A DNA stretch of 64,000 bases from Nitrospirales bacterium. GTDB lineage: Bacteria > Nitrospirota > Nitrospiria > Nitrospirales > UBA8639. Of the stretch, positions 19,909 to 30,091 are shown one piece after another. The translations under genes were made by a program, and so were the position numbers. Where the stretch lies: NCBI GenBank assembly GCA_963422365.1, contig OY729426.1, positions 960,001-1,024,000 on the forward strand. The letters run 5' to 3'. Numbering within the stretch: the first letter of the stretch is position 1; each line of letters begins with the position of its first letter. Below the pieces are notes generated by a model that saw nothing but the letters and a program-made list of their open reading frames with translations, was not told where the DNA came from and made no database searches.

Positions 19909-20823
19909 CTATTCGTCGGAAAAATAATCGGAATCGATTCTTTTCAATTCATACGTGGTCTTGATCGTCACTCCGACTCCATAGTCGATCATGAGTTCGG
20001 CGAGCCGAGTTCCCTCAATCAGTATGATCTTCGTCTCGATGTTGTCTGCGTATTCCATCGCTTCATGAGAGAACGTGGACGTTGTCATGAAGACTCCTTT
20101 TCGCGCTCGTTGCCCCTGTAAGGCGCCCGCAAACTTCTGAACCTCGGGTCTTCCGACGACGCCTTCCCAGCGTTTGGCCTGAACATAGATGATATCCAGT
20201 CCCAGACGATCTTCCTTGATGATCCCGTCGATGCCCTCATCTCCAGAACGACCAATGGACTGTCCGGCTTCTTGTCGCGAGCCCCCGTATCCCATACGGA
20301 CGAGCAGGTCCACGACAAGACGCTCAAAGAACTCTGGAGGAGATTTCTTGACTGTCCCCAGAATGTCAGCGGCAAGGTTCTCTCGAAGTGTCTGGTAGGC
20401 TGACTCCAGGTTTTCCTCCGGAGTGTCTTCAGAAATCCCGTCGCCGGATCCCCTGGCACCACCTTCGGTGGTCTTCTTGCGGCGCTGCTGGAAAACTCTG
20501 AACTCCTCGAACTGCTTGAGGAATTCTCTGTTGAGCGTATGGGGCTTCTGAGCGAGGACCTGTCGTCCACGTTCGGTGATGCGAAAGGATCCTCTCTCCG
20601 GGGATTCCAGGAGACAGGCCTTTATCATATAGGCTCGCGCCCAACTGACCCGATTGACAAATGTCGATTGTCTGCCACTCGGCAAGAGTTCCTGTTTCTC
20701 ATCGTCCGTCAGCTCGAAACGTAGCGCAAGCCGATCAACCGCTTCGCGGGCTTGGTGCATTTCGCCGTCGTCGGTGAACTCCAGCAGAGGCAACATGATG
20801 GATTGGTAGTCAGGAATGGCTAT
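19909..20823 (-). CDS. mrr: Mrr-family type IV restriction endonuclease (canonical start position reads ATA; next in-frame ATG at 20796)
   Basis: (I)AIPDYQSIMLPLL, FERLVVDLL, GDEGIDGII, YVQAKRW, FMTTSTF. Confidence 0.93.
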   Translation of the reverse strand: MAIPDYQSIMLPLLEFTDDGEMHQAREAVDRLALRFELTDDEKQELLPSGRQSTFVNRVSWARAYMIKACLLESPERGSFRITERGRQVLAQKPHTLNREFLKQFEEFRVFQQRRKKTTEGGARGSGDGISEDTPEENLESAYQTLRENLAADILGTVKKSPPEFFERLVVDLLVRMGYGGSRQEAGQSIGRSGDEGIDGIIKEDRLGLDIIYVQAKRWEGVVGRPEVQKFAGALQGQRARKGVFMTTSTFSHEAMEYADNIETKIILIEGTRLAELMIDYGVGVTIKTTYELKRIDSDYFSDE

Positions 20824-20940
20824 GTGTTCCCTCGCGAAGTCTCAGGATGTACAAGTCGACTGGCGGGTATCCGTAGCAGACCGAGTGCAGGTACGATGTC
20901 GTTGCCTGATCTCGGGAGTAAAATGAAAGTCCGATGGTGC

Positions 20941-21267
20941 TCAGTCGGCTTGGGTGGGCCAAAATTTATAGCGGATTTGAGGTAACTGTTTGCCCTCGAA
21001 GTTTGGAATGTCGTACAGGCACCGATCGATGGTGGCGACCTCTTTCTTCGTAAATTCAAACACTTTCGATATTTTCCAGAATTTATCAAAAGTAAAATAA
21101 TCCCCTTTTTCCGGCTTTTCAGCCAGAGCGGCCTGCATGTGTTGAAAGCCGTCGGTATCCACGTCCGGAATCCGGCCGTTATTTTTGTATACACACCATT
21201 TCAGGATCTCGGCGACTCCATACATGGTGAGCTCAATTTTGATTTTCTCCGACTGTGTTTCTGCCAT
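20941..21267 (-). CDS. Conserved hypothetical protein
   Basis: 108-aa ORF with a strong GGAGGAGG RBS. Confidence 0.75.
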   Translation of the reverse strand: MAETQSEKIKIELTMYGVAEILKWCVYKNNGRIPDVDTDGFQHMQAALAEKPEKGDYFTFDKFWKISKVFEFTKKEVATIDRCLYDIPNFEGKQLPQIRYKFWPTQAD

Positions 21268-21498
21268 TGTTAGCCTCCTCCTTCCAAAGAAGAAATCTAT
21301 AGCACATTTTCCTGAAACTCTTCCAGTCGTTTAATCAGGAAATGACAAGAATTTACTGAAATATCGTGTGTAGCGAGCAGAAATTTGTTCAAAATGTCTG
21401 AAGGAATACCGGTGATCCTTGAATAACCTGTTGTGTCGCTTAGCCAACACCTCGTATACTATTTCATTTTTTGAGTATCTGATAACGACCTCAGGGCC

Positions 21499-22722
21499 AT
21501 GAGCCTTGGATTTTGGCTTTGCAAGAGGGGTTCCGAAGTGTCCTTTCCCATCCTTGTGGCAGGCAACAAGCTCCGTTCCCTCACGCTTTGCGGGTTACTG
21601 CTTCTGCCTGGGTGCTCTCCCCAAGATCCCTATGTTCCCCCTGATCTGCTCTATCTCTTTGCCAGTTATGAAGTGGGGAAGAATCCAACCGCCATTCAAT
21701 CTGGGGACTTTAATCAGGATGGATTTTCGGACTTGGTGACCAGCAATATTTCGGCGAATACGCTGTCCCTCTTATTCGGGAATGGTGATGGGAGCTTTCA
21801 AGCCCAAGTGTCCATTCGAGTGTGTAAGGAACCCCGGAATTTGGCCGTCCAAGATTTCAACGGCGATAGGCATCAGGACTTGGCTATCGCGTGTTCCGGG
21901 AGTAATCAAGTCGCCATTTTTAAGGGGCAGGGTTCTGGGATCTTTGAGAAAGACGCGCTGTATCCCGTCAACCGAACTCCAGTGTCCATTGCCAGTGGGG
22001 ATTTCAATAGTGACCAACACGGAGATTTGGTGGTGGCCCTGCGAAATGATAAGCTGCAACTGTTGTTCGGAAATGGAAAAGGGAAATTTCGTATTGGGCC
22101 ATTATATGAATATGGTGATACACCCACCGCAGTGGCCACCGCTGATTTCAACCAGGACGGGCACTTGGATTTGGCAGTCACGAATGGCGGGCCGATGAGC
22201 AACGCCGTCTCGATTTGGTTGGGAGAGGGAGACGGTACCTTTCTCCTTCCTACCGATTATCGAACGGGCAAGCGGCCCTTATCCGTTTCCTGTGCCGACT
22301 TTAACAATGACGGTGCTTGGGATCTCCTAGTGGTGAACGGTCAAATGAACACCGTCACCGTCTTTTTAGGAAATGGAGACGGGACCTTTCAAGAAGGGAT
22401 TGATTCAGGCGGCGACGCCGGTCCCATGCATGGATTGGCCCAAGATTTTGACGGGGATGATATTCCGGATGCGGCTATTGTGAATATTCAATCAGGCAGC
22501 ATCTCGGTCTTGTTTGGGAAAGGAGATGGCTCATTTCATTATCCTCCGCGTCATTATCGTACTCCCCGTGGGCCCTTTGCCTTAACAACGCTGACTATCG
22601 CCCAGGGCCGAGACGAAGAACCCGGCTTAGCGGTCGTCAATAATTCGGAAAATAGTGTGTCGATTTTTCTGCATCATGGGTTGAAATTCCGGGAACAGAT
22701 CAAGGAGTTGACCTCCACCTGA
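21499..22722 (+). CDS. FG-GAP/VCBS-repeat beta-propeller lipoprotein
   Basis: Repeated DFNxDGxxDL and GxGDGxF units; lipobox-like LLLPGC; start uncertain. Confidence 0.85.
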   Translation: MSLGFWLCKRGSEVSFPILVAGNKLRSLTLCGLLLLPGCSPQDPYVPPDLLYLFASYEVGKNPTAIQSGDFNQDGFSDLVTSNISANTLSLLFGNGDGSFQAQVSIRVCKEPRNLAVQDFNGDRHQDLAIACSGSNQVAIFKGQGSGIFEKDALYPVNRTPVSIASGDFNSDQHGDLVVALRNDKLQLLFGNGKGKFRIGPLYEYGDTPTAVATADFNQDGHLDLAVTNGGPMSNAVSIWLGEGDGTFLLPTDYRTGKRPLSVSCADFNNDGAWDLLVVNGQMNTVTVFLGNGDGTFQEGIDSGGDAGPMHGLAQDFDGDDIPDAAIVNIQSGSISVLFGKGDGSFHYPPRHYRTPRGPFALTTLTIAQGRDEEPGLAVVNNSENSVSIFLHHGLKFREQIKELTST

Positions 22723-22778
22723 CCGAGCGGTGTGGATGATTGGAGAAAGACGGCGGAAACACCCGGCGGGAAGTGATC

Positions 22779-22961
22779 ATGGAATGTCTCAAGTGTCAGG
22801 GGCTGATGCTGGTGGAACAACACTACACCACCGTGAACAGACGCCTCTACGCCAGATGCCTGAATTGCGGGTTTTGGTTTGATTTGGTGGACGTGCTCAG
22901 ATTTTTTTATCGAGTCGTTCGAAATGGCTATCGCGGAGCAAAAATCCGAGAAACGCTGTAA
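22779..22961 (+). CDS. Small Zn-ribbon protein (CxxC...CxxC)
   Basis: MECLKCQGLM...RCLNCG. Confidence 0.65.
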   Translation: MECLKCQGLMLVEQHYTTVNRRLYARCLNCGFWFDLVDVLRFFYRVVRNGYRGAKIRETL

Positions 22962-23056
22962 GTGTTCAGATGGTCACCCTCCTTCATCCGTGGAGTCCAT
23001 CCTTTTCGTAGTCTTGCCGAGCGGACCGCCTCTCCTCTTCAAGCATCGTAAGCGTG

Positions 23057-23662
23057 CTACGGCTTTGAGAGAATTTTCAACCCTTCCCGAATCAATGCAT
23101 CGAGTGAGGTCGGGGGAGGACTCGTTCGGCTCACTTGGTCGATGGCATTTTTGACATCGCGATGCCGGTACCCCAGGTTGACCAGCGCTGAAAGCGCATC
23201 GTTTTGAGGGGCTTGAAACGATGCCGGCGTATCGCTCGCATCCCGTGCTCCATCCTCAAGGTCGGCGAGTTTATCTTTGAGTTCCAGGACAATGCGGCCT
23301 GCGGATTTTTTTCCGATTCCCGGAACCGACGCGAGTTTCTCTATGTCATCTGCGAGAATGGCCCCACGCAGGTCGGCAATTTTTAAGGCAGACAAGACAC
23401 TTAAGGCCAATTTCCCGCCCACGCCGGAAATTTTGGTCAGCAAGGTAAAGGCCGTTTTTTCAGCGGGTGTCAGGAACCCGAATAATTGGATAGAATCTTC
23501 TCGCAGATGGGTGAAGATATGAAGCGTCAGGGGTGCGTGAAGATCGGGTAGGGCGAAATAGGTGCTGAGTGGGATGAGCACCTCATAGCCCACTCCGTTG
23601 ACGTCGATAATGAGCCGTGAAGGGTCTTTGGCCGCTAATATCCCCGTCAAGTTGGCAATCAT
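23057..23662 (-). CDS. ruvA: Holliday junction DNA-binding subunit RuvA
   Basis: IIDVNGVGYEV, HLRED, VPGIGKKSAGRIVLELKDK, ALVNLGY. Confidence 0.96.
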   Translation of the reverse strand: MIANLTGILAAKDPSRLIIDVNGVGYEVLIPLSTYFALPDLHAPLTLHIFTHLREDSIQLFGFLTPAEKTAFTLLTKISGVGGKLALSVLSALKIADLRGAILADDIEKLASVPGIGKKSAGRIVLELKDKLADLEDGARDASDTPASFQAPQNDALSALVNLGYRHRDVKNAIDQVSRTSPPPTSLDALIREGLKILSKP

Positions 23663-23691
23663 GAAACGGTATCACGTGAGAGGTACAATGG

Positions 23692-24447
23692 TTAACCGGA
23701 TGCCGCGACTTTTTCCATCATGTCATCCGGAATGTTAAAGTTGGCATGAACTTTTTGCACATCATCTTGGTCGTCCAGGATTTCCATCAATTTTAACATT
23801 TGCTCGGCCGCTTTTTCTTCGAGACGGATTTGATTCTGAGAGAGATAGGTGATTTCAGCCACAGATGTTTGAATGTTGGCCTGTTGCAGGGCAGCCTTTA
23901 CCGTTTCAAAGTCTGATAGTTCCGTGGTAATTTCAAAGCTGCTGCCGGATTTTTTGACATCCTCCGCTCCAGCCTCCAGGACGATCCCCAGTAGCTGGTC
24001 TTCATCGGTCGATGGCCCTTCCGTGACCAAGAGACCTTTCTGGTGAAACTGCCATGCAACCGAACCCGCTTCGGCCATGGTCCCATGATTTTTCCCCAGC
24101 ATGTTTCGAATTTCCGAAACCGTGCGGTTACGATTGTCCGTCATGATCTCGATGAGGATTCCGGTTCCGCCGGGTCCGTAGCCTTCAAGGGTGAATTCCT
24201 CATAATTGATGCCAGGCAGTTCCCCTGTGCCTCGCTGCATGGCGCGTTTAATGGTATCGGCCGGCATGTTGGCCTCTTTGGCTTTGGCAATACAGGTACG
24301 AAGGGTCGGGTTCGCATCGGAATCTCCACCGCCCACGCGGGCTGCCACGGTGATTTCGCGGATCAGCTTGGTGAAAATTTTTCCGCGTTTGGCATCGACC
24401 CCGGCTTTATGACGTTTGATTGTCGACCAATGACTATGACCGCCCAT
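23692..24447 (-). CDS. yebC: YebC/PmpR-family protein
   Basis: MGGHSHWSTIKRHK, EGYGPGG, TDNRNRT, DDVQKVHAN. Confidence 0.96.
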   Translation of the reverse strand: MGGHSHWSTIKRHKAGVDAKRGKIFTKLIREITVAARVGGGDSDANPTLRTCIAKAKEANMPADTIKRAMQRGTGELPGINYEEFTLEGYGPGGTGILIEIMTDNRNRTVSEIRNMLGKNHGTMAEAGSVAWQFHQKGLLVTEGPSTDEDQLLGIVLEAGAEDVKKSGSSFEITTELSDFETVKAALQQANIQTSVAEITYLSQNQIRLEEKAAEQMLKLMEILDDQDDVQKVHANFNIPDDMMEKVAASG

Positions 24448-24689
24448 GCTATCGTTTCCTCATATCATGTGGACAAAACAGGCGATTTCTCCTGATTTTT
24501 CAAGGAAAAATTCGACTGGCTTTTATCATAGGGTATCCAGTCGTGTCAATGAGGTTATACGTAATAAATAATAGGTAATAATACTCTTTATTTTGTTGCT
24601 CACGCGAGAACGGCAATGAGTGCCACTTCATTCGGCACGAGGCACAAGGGGAAGTTGCGTGAAGGCAGAGAGGATGGTAAGGAAACGCT

Positions 24690-25664
24690 ATGAGAGTTGT
24701 CTTTATGGGAACTCCTGCTTTTGCCGTACCGTCCCTAGAAGCCCTGGACAAGTCGGACTATGAGGTGGTAGGCGTGGTCACGCAGCCTGATCGCCCCAAG
24801 GGAAGAGGACAGACGGTCGTGCCTTCCCCTGTGAAAGAACTGGCGTTGGCAAAAGGGTTCCCTGTGAGTCAACCGACGAAAATGAAAAGTCCGGATTTTT
24901 TGCAGCAACTCTCCGATTGGAGGCCGGATGTCATTGCCGTGACGGCGTTTGGCCGGATCCTTCCCAAGGCGATTTTGGATCTCCCTCCCCTAGGCTGCGT
25001 CAATGTCCATGGTTCCTTGTTACCCGCATATCGGGGAGCCGCCCCGGTTCAGTGGGCGCTCATTCATGGGGATTCGGAAACAGGGATTACCACGATGTTC
25101 ATGGATGAAGGGATGGATACGGGTGCCGTGCTGCTTCAACAAACGGTCTCGATTAAACCTGAAGAGACCGCCTTGGAGTTAGGCGCCCGATTGGCGAAGG
25201 TCGGCGGCGCGCTCTTAGTGGAAACGCTTGAACGGTTGGCGGAGCATTCGGTCATTCCTCACGCGCAAGATCAGACTCAAGCGACGTTAGCCCCATTGTT
25301 GAAAAAAGAGGATGGACTGATCAATTGGGCTCAATCAGCCGCAGAGATTGCCTATAGGATTCGTGGCCTTTCCCCTTGGCCAGGATCCTACACCTTTCAT
25401 CATGAGCATCGCCTGATCATTTGGAAAGGTCGTGTCGATGCACAAGGGGGACAGGGAAGGAGCGATGGACAACAGCCGGGGACCATCCTGGCCGTGGGAT
25501 CCCAATCCTTTTGGGTCGAGACGGGTGCAGGCAGGCTAGAAGTACTGGAAGTCCAACCTGCGAATAAACAACGCATGTTCGTGGAACAGTTTCTTCAAGG
25601 GCATTCGCTCCACGTGCATGAGAGGCTCGGCCCCAGGCCGGAGGGTCGTGAGGCCCATCCTTAA
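24690..25664 (+). CDS. fmt: Methionyl-tRNA formyltransferase
   Basis: VFMGTPAFA, VTQPDRPKGRG, NVHGSLLPAYRGAAP. Confidence 0.97.
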   Translation: MRVVFMGTPAFAVPSLEALDKSDYEVVGVVTQPDRPKGRGQTVVPSPVKELALAKGFPVSQPTKMKSPDFLQQLSDWRPDVIAVTAFGRILPKAILDLPPLGCVNVHGSLLPAYRGAAPVQWALIHGDSETGITTMFMDEGMDTGAVLLQQTVSIKPEETALELGARLAKVGGALLVETLERLAEHSVIPHAQDQTQATLAPLLKKEDGLINWAQSAAEIAYRIRGLSPWPGSYTFHHEHRLIIWKGRVDAQGGQGRSDGQQPGTILAVGSQSFWVETGAGRLEVLEVQPANKQRMFVEQFLQGHSLHVHERLGPRPEGREAHP

Positions 25665-25732
25665 CAGCGCATGGAGCTTGTGGTATCTTGTGAGAACGTG
25701 ACACCGATGTCGAGGCCGAAATCGAGGCTAGT

Positions 25733-26077
25733 ATGAATGACCAAACCAGGCAAGCAGTAGAATTGATTGCGAAGCAAATACAGGAACTCAAAATCATTCA
25801 ACCGCATTTGGTGCAAGCCGTAAACGCGGTGTTGGCAAAAGAACAATTTTACAAATGGAAAAAACAAGTGGTGACGCTGGTGGGAGAAAGAATCGGAGCC
25901 GGCTACCAAAAACGATTGTCCAAAGATTGGTTGGAAACGGCTTTTGCCGGGGCCGATATGTATGATGAATTGAGTGATGATGTCGAAATGTGTCTTCGCC
26001 ATCTGTACAAACTCTCCCAGGAAATTGAAACCCAGGGCCTTCAAGGCCCCGATTCAGTCAAGACCCCCTCAACCTGA
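25733..26077 (+). CDS. Hypothetical protein
   Basis: 114-aa helical ORF in operon position between fmt and rsmA. Confidence 0.7.
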   Translation: MNDQTRQAVELIAKQIQELKIIQPHLVQAVNAVLAKEQFYKWKKQVVTLVGERIGAGYQKRLSKDWLETAFAGADMYDELSDDVEMCLRHLYKLSQEIETQGLQGPDSVKTPST

Positions 26078-26091
26078 TTCGACGTGGGACA

Positions 26092-26913
26092 ATGTCCAGT
26101 CCTCCCCCTCCTCGTCCGCAAAAACGCCTTGGTCAACATTTTCTCATTGATCCCAATATGGCCCGAAAGATTCTGAAGGTCGCGGCATTGCGTCCACAAG
26201 ATGTCGTCTTTGAAATCGGACCTGGACGGGGTGCCCTCACGCAGTTGCTGTGCGAACGGGTCTCCAAAGTCATTGCCGTAGAACTCGATCGGCAACTGTT
26301 CCACGCTCTTGCTCAAATCTGGGCACAAGACAACACCTTGGAATTGCATCACGGGGATGCGTTGGAGTTTTCCTATGACACCCTGCCTAGGGGAACGGTT
26401 GTCATTGCAAATTTACCGTACTATGTTTCGACCCCTTTGGTCTTTCGGTTGTTGCCGGAACATGATCGGATCGACCGGATGGTGTTGATGCTGCAACGTG
26501 AAGTGGCCGAGCGAATCATCGCCAAACCGGGCTCACGGGACTATGGCATCTTGTCCATCATCAGCCAATATTATACAAAGCCCCACAAGGCGTTTGTCGT
26601 GCCGGCGAGTTGTTTTCGCCCGGTCCCGCAAGTGGACTCGGCGGTGCTGTGTCTTGCAAGGCGGTCCGGGCAACAACCCACTGATGCACGCTTCGATCAG
26701 GTGTTCCTGAAGGTCGTCCGAGGTGCGTTTGCACATCGACGCAAGACCTTGCTCAACTCCTATCGGGAGGAAGGATGGGAAGAAGCCTTGATTCAACAGG
26801 CCTTGGAACAGACCCATCTCGACCCACGGCGTCGGGCCGAAACAGTGACGGTCCAAGAGTTTATGGCCTTGGCGCATTCTGTGCTGACCTGCCATCCTTA
26901 TTCTGAAAATTAG
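26092..26913 (+). CDS. rsmA: 16S rRNA dimethyltransferase KsgA
   Basis: KRLGQHFL, EIGPGRG, ANLPYY, FAHRRKTL. Confidence 0.97.
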   Translation: MSSPPPPRPQKRLGQHFLIDPNMARKILKVAALRPQDVVFEIGPGRGALTQLLCERVSKVIAVELDRQLFHALAQIWAQDNTLELHHGDALEFSYDTLPRGTVVIANLPYYVSTPLVFRLLPEHDRIDRMVLMLQREVAERIIAKPGSRDYGILSIISQYYTKPHKAFVVPASCFRPVPQVDSAVLCLARRSGQQPTDARFDQVFLKVVRGAFAHRRKTLLNSYREEGWEEALIQQALEQTHLDPRRRAETVTVQEFMALAHSVLTCHPYSEN

Positions 26914-27017
26914 TCTGAAAAGCTGTGACTCGATCTCGTCTCTACGAAAGGGTACTCAGATATTTTTAACTAGGTATTTCGATTGATAAACAGGCCTCTC
27001 TATGTTAGAGTAACCCC

Positions 27018-29402
27018 ATGCGTCTCTTCCCTAGGCCAGCCAGGAAATCCGCTAAGTGGGAAGTGCCACTCCCCACCTTTCAACTGGGTCGCGAAATTCT
27101 CGGAATTTTTCTCATCACCCTGGCCGTGTTGGTGTTTTTGAGTCTGTGGTCATTTTCACTCCAAGACGTCGGATGGTTTGCGCTCCAAGATCGCGACACG
27201 GTAGGGGAACAGGGCAGCCTCCACAATTTGGTTGGGCTGGTGGGAGCCTCTATTGCCGCAAGCTTGATTTGGGTCGTGGGGTCCGCATCGTTAGCAATCC
27301 CGTTTTTAATCTTTTTGCACGGGATTCGAGTCTTTCAAGAAGAGCAGAAAACCGCTAGAAGTATCCTGGGCTCCGTGCTGTTTCTCCTGTGTATGAGCAC
27401 GCTCATTCGGTTACATCATCCCTTCTCTGTTCAGGCGTTACAGGACGGGATCACAGTGGGATTATATGCCGGGAAGGGGGGAGTCTGGATGGCCGGCGGG
27501 TTGGAGCCCTTGTTTGGCCAATGGGGCAGCACGATCTTACTGGGATCCCTTCTGCTCATCTCCCTCTTGTTCATCATGCCTTTTTCCGTTTCGGCAGGGG
27601 TTGGACGTATTCCGAAGGGCGTGGGGAAGATGGGAAAATTGGTACGGCTTCCCGTCTTGCCTTGGCCTTCTTGGTTGAAAGCAAGCTGGAGATCTCGAGC
27701 CAACAAACAGGTCAAGATCAACCGAAGTTTAGGTGGGCGAAGAGGAGCCTTTTCGTTCATGACAAAGGAGGTCCCTTTGCAGGATCCACCTGCCCGTGAA
27801 AGAGATTCCGCTCCGGCTGACATAGACTTTCCTGAAGAGTCACCGAGGTCTCGGCCCGACGTGGTTCGGAAGGTGGCGAAGGGCTATCATTTGCCTGATC
27901 CCTTGGACCTGCTTGAGCCACCCTCTGTTTCGAATGGGCAACAGGCCGATCAAATTTTAGAGTCGCAATCCCAAATCCTCACAAGTACGTTGCAGAACTT
28001 CGGTATTGCCGGACACGTGACGGAAGTGCACCCGGGTCCGGTCATCACCATGTATGAATTCGTCCCTGGGCCCGGCATCAAAGTCGCTCGAATCGTGACG
28101 CTCGCGCATGATTTAGCCATGGCGCTGAAAGCCACCAGCGTGCGAATCGTGGTCCCGCTTCCAGGGAAATCCACGGTCGGGATTGAAGTCCCCAACCCGG
28201 TGCGAGAAACCGTGGCATTACAGGAAATTTTGACCAGTGAGGTCTATGCCCGGTCACGATCGACATTAACGCTGGCCTTGGGAAAGGATATTTTTGGGCG
28301 GCCTTATGTCACGGATCTTGGAACAACGCCTCACCTGTTGGTGGCCGGGGCAACCGGTTCTGGAAAAAGCGTGGGGTTGAATAGTATGTTGTTAAGCCTC
28401 CTCTTTTCTGCCCACCCTGACGAGGTTAAGCTGTTGCTTATTGATCCCAAGGTCTTGGAACTTCAGGTCTATGACGGCATCCCGCATCTGTTGCATCCGG
28501 TGTTGACTGCTCCCAAAGCTGCGGCTCGTGGGTTAACCTGGGTGCTTCAGGAAATGGAGCGCCGCTATCGCCTCCTGGCGGAATACGGGGTTCGTAATCT
28601 TCAGGCCTATAATCTGAAAGTGGGTCATCAGAAGGCCCAAGTTGAAGAAAAGACGGGTTTGTCTCGGCCCCGATTCGACTCGGCGACCGAGCCATCGGCT
28701 GAGGAGGCCGTCAACCTTGGTGGTCAGCCACCGGTGGCCCATGAACCTCTCCCGTATATTGTGGTGGTGGTCGATGAATTTGCCGATCTCATGATGACGG
28801 CGCCCAAAGATGTGGAAGAAAAAATTGCCCGACTGGCACAAATGGCCCGAGCTTCAGGTATCCATCTTATTCTGGCCACCCAACGCCCCTCGGTGGACGT
28901 GGTGACCGGACTCATCAAAGCAAATTTTCCAGCCCGAATCGCCTATCAAGTCTCTTCCAAAACGGACTCCAGGACCATCCTTGATGCGAATGGGGCCGAA
29001 TCGCTTCTCGGATTGGGAGACATGCTGTATTTGCCCCCCGGGACCGGACGCCTTGCGCGGCTTCACGGGTCCTATGTCTCCGATGATGAGGTCCGCCGGG
29101 TGGTTGAGTACGTAAAGGCACAGGCCGGCCCTGATTTTTGCGGCGAAACGGCTTTCCAGGCTCCTGTCAACGTCGAAGAGGATCAAGAACGTGATGAAGT
29201 GTATGAGCAAGCCAGGGAAGTGGTGTTGACATCCGGACAGGCCTCTGCTTCCCTTATTCAACGTCGATTGCGGGTGGGCTATCCCCGAGCGGCTCGAATG
29301 ATTGAACAGATGGAAGAAGAAGGCATGGTGAGTGCACCGGGACGCGATGGCCGTCGTGAAGTGTTGGGACCTCGAATGGCGCTCGAAGAGGAAGTGAGAT
29401 GA
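27018..29402 (+). CDS. ftsK: DNA translocase FtsK
   Basis: N-terminal TMs, PHLLVAGATGSGKS, VVDEFADL, ATQRPSVDV, gamma domain QRRLRVGYPRAAR. Confidence 0.97.
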   Translation: MRLFPRPARKSAKWEVPLPTFQLGREILGIFLITLAVLVFLSLWSFSLQDVGWFALQDRDTVGEQGSLHNLVGLVGASIAASLIWVVGSASLAIPFLIFLHGIRVFQEEQKTARSILGSVLFLLCMSTLIRLHHPFSVQALQDGITVGLYAGKGGVWMAGGLEPLFGQWGSTILLGSLLLISLLFIMPFSVSAGVGRIPKGVGKMGKLVRLPVLPWPSWLKASWRSRANKQVKINRSLGGRRGAFSFMTKEVPLQDPPARERDSAPADIDFPEESPRSRPDVVRKVAKGYHLPDPLDLLEPPSVSNGQQADQILESQSQILTSTLQNFGIAGHVTEVHPGPVITMYEFVPGPGIKVARIVTLAHDLAMALKATSVRIVVPLPGKSTVGIEVPNPVRETVALQEILTSEVYARSRSTLTLALGKDIFGRPYVTDLGTTPHLLVAGATGSGKSVGLNSMLLSLLFSAHPDEVKLLLIDPKVLELQVYDGIPHLLHPVLTAPKAAARGLTWVLQEMERRYRLLAEYGVRNLQAYNLKVGHQKAQVEEKTGLSRPRFDSATEPSAEEAVNLGGQPPVAHEPLPYIVVVVDEFADLMMTAPKDVEEKIARLAQMARASGIHLILATQRPSVDVVTGLIKANFPARIAYQVSSKTDSRTILDANGAESLLGLGDMLYLPPGTGRLARLHGSYVSDDEVRRVVEYVKAQAGPDFCGETAFQAPVNVEEDQERDEVYEQAREVVLTSGQASASLIQRRLRVGYPRAARMIEQMEEEGMVSAPGRDGRREVLGPRMALEEEVR

Positions 29403-30091
29403 AACCCCTTCGATGGATCGTTCTTGGATGTGTCTGTGTTTTGTCTTTGCCGATGGTCACGCCGGGCAAGGGCAGTGACAGCATCGAGGCGTTGGTCCAA
29501 CGCGTTGATGCGCAGTATGCGCATCTCAAAGACTTCCAGGCCGACTTTGTTCAGGAAACGCGCATTCAAGGATTTGACACACCTCTTCGATCCTCTGGGC
29601 GGGTCTATCTTAAAAAACCTGGACGGCTCCGCTGGGATTATATGGAACCCTCGGTCGAGCACATGTATGTGGATCGAGATCGGTTGGCGCTGTATGTGCC
29701 CGCACATAATCAAGTGTTAAAGGGCAGTCTCACAATGATGGTTGCGACAAAGGCTCCTCTTCAGTTGTTGCAGGGTATTGGAAAATTGGCTGAACATTTT
29801 TTCGTGCATCCGACGGGGAATGGAGCGGTGGGGGAAGGTGGGTTGCCGTTGTTGACGCTGATCCCCAAGCCTTTTCCTGATTCGGTGCCGTCGTCGATTG
29901 TCAAGATCGTGTCGGAAATCCAACCCGACACGTATTTCATTCGCTCCCTCTCCTTGCATGAGGGCAATGGAAACGTCTCCACGTTTCGGTTCTCCAATTT
30001 CAAGGCTAATAGAGGATTGGATGAAACGGTGTTTATCTTGAATCTGCCTGAAGGAGTGGTGATCGTGGAAGATGTTCTTCCGAAGAGTTGA
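29399..30091 (+). CDS. lolA: Outer-membrane lipoprotein carrier
   Basis: ADFVQE, GRVYLKKPGRLRWDY; follows ftsK. Confidence 0.88.
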   Translation: MKPLRWIVLGCVCVLSLPMVTPGKGSDSIEALVQRVDAQYAHLKDFQADFVQETRIQGFDTPLRSSGRVYLKKPGRLRWDYMEPSVEHMYVDRDRLALYVPAHNQVLKGSLTMMVATKAPLQLLQGIGKLAEHFFVHPTGNGAVGEGGLPLLTLIPKPFPDSVPSSIVKIVSEIQPDTYFIRSLSLHEGNGNVSTFRFSNFKANRGLDETVFILNLPEGVVIVEDVLPKS

